DNA of 64,000 nt, taken from the NCBI GenBank assembly GCA_965240325.2, contig OZ251227.1, positions 2,914,001 through 2,978,000 on the forward strand. The letters are read 5' to 3'. Shown here piece after piece: positions 11,970-21,908 of this stretch (the first letter of the stretch is position 1; every line of letters starts with the position of its first letter). This stretch comes from Rebecca billardiae RCC1528. Taxonomy: Eukaryota; Protista; Haptophyta. The position numbers and the translations under genes are program-made. The notes under the pieces are model-generated. The model saw only the letters and a program-made list of their open reading frames with translations, was not told where the DNA came from and made no database searches.

Positions 11970-12582
11970 AGTATGGAGCGCTCGTTGGAACTTGACGCCG
12001 GTTTGGCGCCCGCGCGGCGAGGGCGACGACGGGCGTACACGGGGCCAGCGGCGGCGGGAAGCGCGCGGGCGCGGCCGAGAACGGCACGGTCCGGACGCCT
12101 CTCGCCAGCCGCGGACGCGCACCGCGCCTCCTCCTCGCACGCTGCTAACTTGATCCGGGTTAAACGGTGGTTTTGCTGCCGACCAGCTCAAGTTCCACGG
12201 CTGGTCAATGTTCGGCTTGCGACCTCGCCGCTGGTGCTAGCAAGAAGGTACACGAGTTGGTCGAACTCCCACGCACCCGCTCTGCGCTCGTCGACGCCCT
12301 CTGAAGGTGACTTGGGGTGCATGCGGGGCAGTGGAATGCAGTGGTTCGGCGTTGCCTCTCAGTCGTCCAGCGCGCAGGCCATGTGGCGCGGGTGTGGTGC
12401 GCGCATGGCCCGGTAATTCGGTCGCGGCATGTCTGTCTGGGCTGCCCAAGGCCTGCCGCACCGCGAAGCGAGCGCTCAGGAGCGTGTGCCGACCGTGCCA
12501 GCCCCGCCGAGATGGGGCACTTCGCTGGGAAATGCGGTGTCAAGTTCCAAGCCCCGCCAAGTTCCAACGAGCGCTCCATACT
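11970..12582. mobile_element. MITE-like element B with 25-bp perfect TIRs
   Basis: AGTATGGAGCGCTCGTTGGAACTTG at 11970 and its reverse complement at 12558-12582; extra CAAGTTCCA motifs inside. Confidence 0.7.
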
Positions 12583-12915
12583 ACAGTTTACTAAGAATAA
12601 GAGACGCACACAGCTCAGACAGGCGAGATACAGGTGTGGATGCACGCGTTTCCGCCATCGTGACCGGATGGCAAATTGAAGATTCTGGCGGACGTTGGCC
12701 CTGCGCTGCGCACGCACGCACGTGTGCACCGGCGGGGGTTGCGAATGGCGGAAACTGAGCAGCAGAGGGGTCGAGGGGACTACTGAGTCGGCTCATGAGT
12801 GAACGAACAGGCTAACAGGGCCTCCTCATTTCGGCATTTCGGCCAGCAGCCGAGGCCGTCACCGCCATCAGCTAGACGGCAGCCGCCCCGCGGCCACGCG
12901 GTCCGGCTGACGCGG

Positions 12916-13728
12916 TCAGAGGCAGAGCACGTTGGCCGGCTTGAGCCGCCACCGGCTGCCGTCCGGCTTGCTGAGCACCTCGTACCGCCCGACGGCCGCG
13001 TCAAAGCTGAGCACCTTGACGCGCACGCCGTTCCGGCTCGCATCGCTCAGGTGCGCCGTGGTTGCGCGCGTGCCGGGCGGCAGCAGCACGACTTCCGGCG
13101 GGAGCGTCCGCGAGCTCTTCGTGGGCTCCTCCACCACGGCGTACTCGTTCGCGCCTTCGTCGTACGACATGAGCGTGCCTGCGCCGCCCGGCGCCACGCC
13201 GTATGGCTGCGCGCCGTCCAGGAACTGCACCGGCACGAGCGTCTGCCTGGCGTTGGCAGGCTTGAGGGCGATGACGTCGCCCGATTCGAGGCGGCACTGG
13301 TAGCGAGCCCCATCGAACGACACGACGGACACCGTCTTGCCGTTGTGCTGGGTGGCGCTCTGCAGGCCGGCCACGAGCGCGCGCGTGCGTGGCGGGAGCA
13401 CGTCAAAGTGGCGGTACCGGTTCGCGGCGACGATGGCGCGTAGCCGAGCCTCGTCCGCGCCACTGAACTTGTCGACCAGCGCCTCAGACTGATAGAAGTG
13501 GAACGTCGGCATTGACGTGATCCCGCAGCGCTGCGCGACGTCCTGCGCCTCATCCACGTCCACCTTGACAAAGACGCAGTCGGGAAACTCGCTCGCGAGC
13601 GCCGCGAAGCGCGGCCCGATCATCTGGCAGGGACCACACCACGCGGCAGTGAAGTCGACGCACACGAGCGCGTCGCCCGCCTCGCGTAGCGCCGCCGAGA
13701 ACTCATGCAGGTCGGCGAGCTGCCGCAT
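12916..13728 (-). CDS. Thioredoxin (WCGPC) with C-terminal tandem SH3-like repeats
   Basis: VDFTAAWCGPCQMIGP, FVKVDVDE, ITSMPTF; tail repeats of the form GL...NG..V.V.SFD...RY......LKPAN. Confidence 0.9.
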   Translation of the reverse strand: MRQLADLHEFSAALREAGDALVCVDFTAAWCGPCQMIGPRFAALASEFPDCVFVKVDVDEAQDVAQRCGITSMPTFHFYQSEALVDKFSGADEARLRAIVAANRYRHFDVLPPRTRALVAGLQSATQHNGKTVSVVSFDGARYQCRLESGDVIALKPANARQTLVPVQFLDGAQPYGVAPGGAGTLMSYDEGANEYAVVEEPTKSSRTLPPEVVLLPPGTRATTAHLSDASRNGVRVKVLSFDAAVGRYEVLSKPDGSRWRLKPANVLCL

Positions 13729-13922
13729 GCGCGTCCGTCGCGTGTCTCGATGCCCTTGATCCGAGAGTAGACGGCGAACACTGTCGGCCAAGTCGCACCG
13801 GGGCGGGACTCACAAGTGCAGCAGCAGGGAGCCACGATGGCGAGCGACCGCGGGTCCACGCCTGCTGCCCTGCAGCAGGTGGACCCGCGGTCGCTTGCGA
13901 GACTATCTGACGAAAGACGGCC

Positions 13923-16900
13923 TCAGGACGCGCGATCCCACATGCGCGCCTGGAGCAGAGTGCTGCCGATGGCGATGACGAGCACAAGCGAGCCAAGGTC
14001 AACGAGCGGCCCAAAGCGGCATGAAGCCGAGGCGATCGCGCCGCCTTTGATCGCGGCCGAGAGCGCGATGTTGGCGTAGATGACGAGGCGCGCACGGCGG
14101 CACAGCTCAATCGCCTGCGGTATCCGCTCGAGGTTGTCGGTCAGCATGACGACGTCTGCCGACTCGCTCGCGAGCGCCGTGCCGGACGCGCCCATCGCCA
14201 CACCGACCGTCGCCTCGGCAAGCGCGGTCGCGTCGTTGATGCCGTCGCCGACCATCGCCGTCAGCTGCGACGCGCCTCTGCCGCCACCGTTCGCGGCCAC
14301 GCCGCCCAGCGCGCGAACCGCCTCGCGCTTATCCGCAGGCAGTAGCCCGGCGCGCACGGAGCCAATGCTCACGGCGCGCGCGACTGGCGCCGCCGTCGCG
14401 TGCGCTGAGCCCGTGAGCATCGTGAGGCCGCAGCCGAGCCGCTCTCGAGCCGGCGCACGGCCGGGCGCGCCTCCGCGCGCAGCTCGTCGTTGAGCGCGAG
14501 CGCGAGGACGAGCTCGCCATCGAGCAGAACGGCCAGGCACGTGTCGTCGGCGCGCGCGGCGCAGAACGCGGCGAACCACTCGACCGCGCGCTGCGGAGCG
14601 CGCACGGTGGTAAGGGCGCGCGCGTTGCCCACGGTGATGAGAGCGGTGGCCGACGGCGACGGCGGCACAGCGCCGCCGGCGTCAGCGCCGCCGCCCGCGG
14701 CCGCCGCCGGCACGGCCGCGCTCACCGCGACACGCCCTTCGAGCCCCACTCCCTCGACCTGCCGGAAGCCCGCCACGTCGGGCAGCACGTGCACCCCAGC
14801 GAGCGCAGCCTCGCCCACGCAGCCCAGCGCGCGCGCCACCACAGCGTGCGCCAGCGGGTGCGACGAGCGCGCCTCCACGGCGGCGGCTGCGCGCAGCGCG
14901 GCGTGCGCAGCGGGGCTGAGCGCCACCGGCTGAGCCGAGCGCGGCGGCGCCGCCCGCGGCCTCCCGCGCTCGCCGTCGCCGTCGTCTCCGCCGCCGTCCG
15001 CGCGCGCGGCATCCGCGCCGATGCGCGCGGGCTCGACGGCCTCGGCCTCGGAGGGAGCCGCGTGCGAGCGCCCCGGCGCAGGGCACTCCTCGACACGCGT
15101 GACGGTGAACTCGCCCGTCGTGAGCGTGCCCGTCTTGTCCACGCCGAGCTGGCGCACGGCGGCCAGCTCCTCGACAGCGTCCGCGCGCTTGAACAGCACG
15201 CCGTGCCGCGCGGCGCTGGCGATCACGGCCATGGTCGGGACGGGCGACGCAACGACGAGCGCGCACGGGCACGCGAGCAGGAGCAGCGAGAGCGCGCGCG
15301 TGCTCCACGCGTCGCGCCCGCCTTTGGCGAGCGCCGGCCCGAGCAGCGCGACCGCCGCGGCGAGCGCGAGCGTGGCGGGCGTCCACCAGCGCGCAAACTC
15401 GTCGACGGCGCGCTGCGAGCGCCCGCGCCCCGCCTGCGCGCGCCGCACGAGCTCGGCGATCTGCGCGAGCTCCGACTCGGCGGCGGCGGCGGTGAGCTGT
15501 ACGGTGGCGAAGCCGTGCAGCACGATGCTCCCCGCGGAGACGCGAGCGCCCACAGGCTTGGGCACGGGCGCGTGCTCCCCTGTGAGCGAGGCCTCGGAGA
15601 CGACGACCGAGCCCGCCGCCACCTCGCCGTCCACGACGCACTGCTCGCCCGCGCGCAGCTCGATCGCGTCGCCCGCGCGCAGCGAGCTGAGGGGCACGGG
15701 CACGCCGGTGGCGTGCAGGACGGCCGTGGTGGGCATGGAGAGGTGCGTCGCGACCGAGAGCGAGCGGTTGACGCGCTCCATCATCGAGCTGCGCAGGGGC
15801 AGCGCACGCGCGGGCGGTGGGGCGGCGCGCGTTGAGCGACGCGCCTCGCCGTGCGCGCAAAGGGCGCAAGCGCGCATGACGCGGCCCGCCTCGCCCACTG
15901 CATTTATTGGCCAAGGTGCGCATCGCGTGGCGGCGAGTGCCGAACGTACCGCTCGACACACTTGGCAGTGGCGTAGAACGCGACGAGCAGCGCCGCCTCG
16001 ATCCACTCGCCCAGCGCGACCGCGCCGCCGATCGCGATCAGCATCAGCAGGCGCATCTCCAGCCGTGGCGCGCGCGCTGCCAGCCACTCGCGCGCCAACT
16101 CCAGCAGCATCGGCAGCGCACCGACGCACACGCACGCGCACAGCAGCGCAAAGTAGGCCACGTCGAGCGGAGAGCTTGCGGCCTGCTCGTTGTGTGCGTG
16201 CAGGTGCGCGTGCAGGTCAAACTCGTCCCCGGCGCGCGCGTGTGTGCACGCAAACGCCAGCACGGCCGCCCTGAGCAGCGCCCACAGCAGAAGCGCGTGC
16301 GATGGCAGCACGAGCGCGCGCGCGCTGGGCGAGGCCGGCTGGCTCGGTCGGGTCGTCGTCGACGTCACCGGCCGAGACGAGCGAGGCGCCGAGGTTCGCG
16401 CTGTTCAGCTTGTCCACCACCGCGTTGGGCGGCAGGCACGCGCTGTCTGCGCAGTGCCGGACGTGCGCGGTGCGCGAGACCACGTTCACGTCCGCCGAGA
16501 GCACGCCGCACACGGGGCCGAGGAGTGCGCGCACGAGGCGCACCTCCGCCTCGCAGCACATGTTGCGCACGCGGTACATCGACGTGACGACGCTGTGCTT
16601 GTGCGCCGCGCGCTCCTTCACCAGCGAGCTGATGGGGACCACGGTGGCGCCCGCGCTCGGCGCCACGCCCGAAGGCGCGACACGAGGTGTGGCGCCGCGA
16701 GCGCCAGCGGTGCACCCGTCATCGGCGCAGGTCACGCAATGCCGACGGCCTCGAACGAGACCACGCCCTTGCACGCGCATGCGCTTCGCGCGCTCGTCGG
16801 TCAGGAAGGGGTCTCCGCGCCCGTCCGCTGCGCATGCGCCGCAGAGGTCCTCACCCGACAGCGCTTCCTCGAGTCTGGCATCGGCGAGGCGTGCGCGATC

Positions 16901-16978
16901 GTGATCGAGCTGACATTGACAGTGGGCGGCTTCTTGCTCGCACGTCTGCGCCTCGACGCCCTCTTCCACTGCCAGCAT
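13923..16978 (-). CDS. P1B-type heavy-metal ATPase (Zn/Cd, P1B-2-like), with two apparent frameshifts; intron 15789-15949
   Basis: HMA-like MCCEAE, SLTGE, ACPCALVVASP, DKTGTLT, SSHPLA, MVGDGIND, TM K and DxG; frame breaks at ~16320 and ~14443. Confidence 0.85.
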
Positions 16979-17250
16979 CTTGCCGTTCAGCGGAGATCGC
17001 GCCGGCGGCGCGCGTTGGGCGTGGTCTCTGCGCGGCCGCCGTTGTGCCGATCACCGATCTGAGATCACAGGTCACTGGCCGGCCGGCTGGTTTATTTGTT
17101 TTTTAACGTGCGTAAACGGCTCATCACGGTGGCAGGTTGCCGCGCCATCCTTCATCGCACGCTCTCCGAAGAGAGACCTGGAAGCGCACTACCGTCGTCG
17201 TCCCTCCATGTGCGCAGCTGCGCAGCAGCCGCTGATGAGCGCAGCAGCCG

Positions 17251-18279
17251 TCACAGCGCCTGGCCCCAGCGACTCATGCGCACGACGAGCGGCACCATCC
17301 ACACCGTCCACGTGTCCTCGTGCCACCGCACCGCGCTCGCAAACCTGCCGAGCATGCGGTATGCGCACAGGTGCAGCGCGAGGCCGTTGGCGAGCGCGGA
17401 GGTGACGAGGAAGAGCAGCGGGTACACGTTGACCACGTCCGTCATCACGCGCGGGTTGCAGTAGAAGTGCCACAGCCCGAGCGGCAGCGCGCCGCCGACG
17501 AGGCAGGAGGCGTACGCCAGCGGCTTGTGCCACTCGAGCAGCGAGCTGTACAGGTCGTACACGGCCACGCCGACAAAGTCGAGCTCGAGCCAGAGGTGGA
17601 GCACGTACAGCAGCGGGGGGAAGAAGAGGAGAGGCGCGTCGCCGAGCTGGCACAGCGAGATCAGCTCCCCGGCCGACTCGCCCCAGCGCTCCCACAGCGT
17701 GGTCGGGCTGAAGCCGCCGAAGAAGATCTGGAATGGCAGCGACCACGCCAGCCCGTGGCACGCGGGCAGCACCCAGAAGGTGACCCACGCCTCAGCCCCG
17801 CTGTTCGGCCACAGGCGGAAGCACAGCAGCACGGCAGCTGTGACGCCGTGTATCAACCTGGGGGCGAGCGCGCGCGGCGGGGAGGCCGTGGCCGATCAGC
17901 GGCTGGTCGCAGGCTCGCAGGCCCGATATGGAAAGGCGGTGCGCGCACGGCGCGTGTGCGCGCGGCCAGCGCACCAGCAGGTCGTTGTGAGCAGGCAGAG
18001 CCTCCCCGTGCCGTGCCATGCGAGCGTGCCGAGCACGAACAGCGTCCACAACGCGTACAACCCCGTCACAAGCTCGGGCCTCTGCCGCGTCTGCACGCAC
18101 AAGCTCGGTCCTGAGATGCCGAACGGGAAGGTCTCCATCCGGCCCTTCCGCCGGTCTACGACCGAAAACATCTCGCCGGGGGCATGCTCCTCCTCACTCC
18201 GGCCGTACTCGGCGCGACCACGGCTGCGCTGCCCCTTCCCCTCCGATCGGGGCTCGCCGCGACGTCGTGCCTTGCCCAT
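17251..18279 (-). CDS. Hypothetical polytopic membrane protein; intron 17858-17974
   Basis: Several hydrophobic helices; GTGCGC...CAG intron joins TTTCW|LIHGV in frame. Confidence 0.65.
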
Positions 18280-18844
18280 GGCGCGCGACCGGCTGGCGGC
18301 CGCGCAGCCCGCGCTGGCGCGACCGCGCGAAGCCGGAGTCGGGTGCTGATGATGGCGGCGGAATTACGGAAATCGCCGCAGCAAATCGGGCGTAATCGCG
18401 CTGCTGGATCAACCACGATGGCGCCGCCGTCCTGCGTCATCCGCGCAGATTGAGATTGCCACTCAAGACAGTACCAAGAATCAGAAGAGCGCGTGCTGGT
18501 GGTAGCACGTCGCGCTTCTAGCAGATGCTGCATCGGCCCTGGCCTCCGGGCCCTTGCTCGCGCCATCAGCGCCCACAAGCGCTCGATTGCATGTGCCCTG
18601 AGCCGAAGAGTGCCCAGCTCAGGCCGCGCCGTGTGCCATCGGACGGAGTCACGTCAGGACGGCTGAGAGACTGTGCTGCGACAAGGGTACGGGTGTGAGT
18701 GAAGACAGATCGCGACCACGCGCGTACTCGCGTGGCCACGTCGCACGGATGTGCCCCACTGGTCGGCTGCGAGCGATCGCGCCGCCGCCCCGACCGAGAC
18801 AGCGCACGGCCTGGCCTGCAAGGCGGAAGGCCGCGGGCGCGAGT

Positions 18845-21576
18845 CTAGTTGGGCAAGTGCAGGAACTGCCACATGCCGAGCCCAAGCACGGCGACGGAGG
18901 TGATCGCAGCGAGTGGCGTGCTGACCAGGCCGGCGAAGTAGATGAGGGCGGAGACCTCGCCGATCGAGTCCACCTTGTACGCGCAGCGCCACAGCCCGCC
19001 GTGCACGGCCTGCGTGCGGAAGAGCTCGAGCGTGTTGTCGATCCCAAACTGCTTCCGGTTCTTCGGGTTCTTGGGCGACGCGCCATTGAGCACGTCGTGC
19101 CTGCGGGCGCGCGTGGCGCGGGGTGGGGCTCAGCCCGTGCGCGCCTCCGCCTCCGCGCGCTCTCTGCGGCGCGTGGCGCGCGCGCGCGCGTGCGCGCGCG
19201 CACATGAGGAGGGCGGCCATCACCGCGTTGGTCGTCTCCTGCTTGAAGATCTCGTAGCCGAAGTAGGGCATGCCGCCGTACGCCCACGCGAAGGTGCGGT
19301 TGTGGATGACAGAGATGGTGGCGGTGGACGGCGCGACCATCGTCGAGACGGCGTGCCCGCCCTCGAACGCGATGCACGCGCGCCAGTGCTGCATGCGCTT
19401 GGCGAGTGCGTAGTTTGGCCCCTGCGCCACCGACAGCCCGTCCACCAGGTTGATCGTCTGCGCAGTGGGGGCGCGCGGGGGCGGGCGAGATGGGCGCGGG
19501 GCCGGGGCGGAGAAGGCGCGGGCGCCCCCCCCCCCCCCACCGCGCCGCGCCACACCGCCACGCCGCGCGTGCCGCGGCACCTTGTCGGTCGCCTTGACGG
19601 GCGGCAGCGCGTTCTTCACGAGCTTGGTGCCGGCGGTGAGCACGTTGATCGCCTTCTCCAGCCCGAGCGAGCCGAAGCCCGAGCCGTACGCCGTGGCCGC
19701 GGCGGCGTGCGCGGCGTCGGTGCACACGTGGATGTCGGTGGGCGTGCAGAGGAACGCGACGGCCGTCGACGAGCGCGCCTCGCACAGCCGCTGGATGCAG
19801 TAGTCCGCGCACAGCGCCAGCTTGACGTGCAGGTCGCCGTCCAGGTACGTGTAGTTGCCAATCACCACCTGCGCGGAGGCGGGGATCGTCTTCTGCCACG
19901 CGACGAGCCAGTTGGCGATCTCGCCGGGCTGGTTCATCAGGTCGCAGCCGCTGGACTGCGCGCGCGCGGCGGGGGCGGAGGGGGTGCGGGGCGCGCACGG
20001 GCCGCCGCTGATCAGGCCGTCGCCGCGGTGCCGCGGCCGCCGCGCTGCGGTGCCGCGGCGCGCCGCCCCGCCCCGTGGCGCGGCGCGGCGCGGAGAAAGC
20101 CGCGCGGGGGGCACGCACCTCGTACATGTCGTCGTCGTCCGCGCACTTGTCCATCTTCTTCGAGAGCGGGAAGATGAGCTCGCCCGGCGAGTTGCGCGCC
20201 GTGTCGCACAGCCGCTTCCACAGCCCCTTGGTCGGGCGCGGGCCGCCCTTGCCCCAGCTGCCCGGGATGTCGATGGCGACGACGGTCGCGCCCAGCTCGA
20301 GCAGCTTGGGGAAGGGGCCCATGGCCGAGCCCGCGCCGATCATGACGAAGTAGACGCCCTGCAGGCTCTTGCCCGAGGCGAAGTAGTCGGACGTCCAGCA
20401 CAGCGCCTGCGCCGCGTCGGGCTCGACGATGCCGCGCTCCGCCCACTTGGTCGCCTGCTTCTTGAGCGCGTCGCCGCTCAGCGCCGCGTCCGCGGGCGGC
20501 GGCTTGGGCGAGCTGGGGTGCCAGCCGCCGTTGTACGGCACGCGGTACGCGAGCCCGCTCGCGGACTTGGTGCCCTTGACGCTGCCCGTCTCGAACGAGC
20601 CCTTCGCCGCCGCCACCATCTTGCCGAACGGCCCCTTGCTCCCGTCGGGCGCGATGAACTCCATGTTGGCGTACATCCACTCGAGCCCGGCGCGCGCGAT
20701 GCCGAGCGCGGCCGCGGGGGACTCGCAGCCGAGGCGGACCATCGCCATGTAGTGCTTGTTGTACGCGAAGCGCCAGTTCTTCTCCTTCGCCGCGCGCGCC
20801 GCCGCCTTCGCGCCCGCCTCGCCCCCCGCGCCCTCGAGCGCCTTGGCGATCACCGTGCGGCCGGCCGTCGACGTCGAGCGGCCGCCCTTGCCGTCCGGCG
20901 GGAACTGCGTGCCGCGCTCGGGCGGCTTGGGCTTCTCGGGCGGCGGGTAGCGCTTCTTGAAGGCGGACTTGCGGTTCTTGACCATGTTCATGTACATGAA
21001 CGGCGAGAGCGGCACGTACAGCGCCAGGTTGATCTTGAGCAGCAGCGGCGCGAGCCCGGCGGGCAGCGCGGCCGCGAGCCCGGCCGTGCCGAGCGCCGAC
21101 CACATCGTCACGCACTCGCCCGTGATGCCCGTGGGGTACAGGATGGCGAAGAGGGTGTACCGCAGCCAGAAGACGGGGTAGAGCGTGCCCTCGGTGCCCT
21201 TCGGCGTGAGCAGCGCGTTCAGGTAGAACGAGTAGCGCACGACCTCCACCAGACCCCACGAGAGCACCATCATGCCGCACGCCCACTGCCGCTGCGCCTC
21301 GGGCGACACGAGCGCGACGACGAGGACGACGATGCGCGACATCACCTGGATGAAGACGGTGAAGGCCGGGCTGCGCACCGCCCCCGTCACCGCGTGCACG
21401 ATCTCGAGGCACATCGCCCACTGCACGGGCACGAGCGGCCCGCTCGCCGCCGCCCACACGCGCGTGAGGTCGCCACCCGTCTCGGCGAGCGAGAGGCAGC
21501 CGAGCAGCAGCGCGTAGCCCCAGCCCGCGAGGCAGGCCGCATTGTAGAGGATCAGGTACGGCGTGAGCGCACCCAT
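18845..21576 (-). CDS. Very-long-chain 3-hydroxyacyl-CoA dehydratase (PTPLA/HACD/PHS1) fused to a large Rossmann/SDR-like domain; introns 19956-20118, 19458-19580, 19101-19203
   Basis: HACD motifs YLILYN, LEIVH..GAVRS, QVMSR, SWGLVEVVRYSFY, WLRYTLFAILYPTGITGE. C-terminal domain has MIGAGSAMG and NYALAK. Both domains begin in the same exon. Confidence 0.9.
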
Positions 21577-21908
21577 CGAGTGCAAGCGAGGCGCGCGCGA
21601 CAAGCGGCGGACGAGCGCACTGGACAGGTAATGACGGGGATGCTGCGCAGATGCGCGCTGCTGATTGGCTCGGTCGTTCGTCGTCGTGAAAAATGAAAGG
21701 CGCGCTAGAAAAGCTCAGAATGAAAAAAAGTCCCGTCGTCAAGATGGCGGCCGACCGCGCGATGGCGCCCGCAAGCTTGGCCTTGGAGGCAGGGGCATGT
21801 GTGAAAGCACCGCGACCGTGCCGCTAACGTCGTCGTCAGCACCGCGTCGGGTGCAGTGTTGTGAGCACCTACGGCGCCGACACTGTCACAGTGAGCGCCG
21901 CTGCGTGC

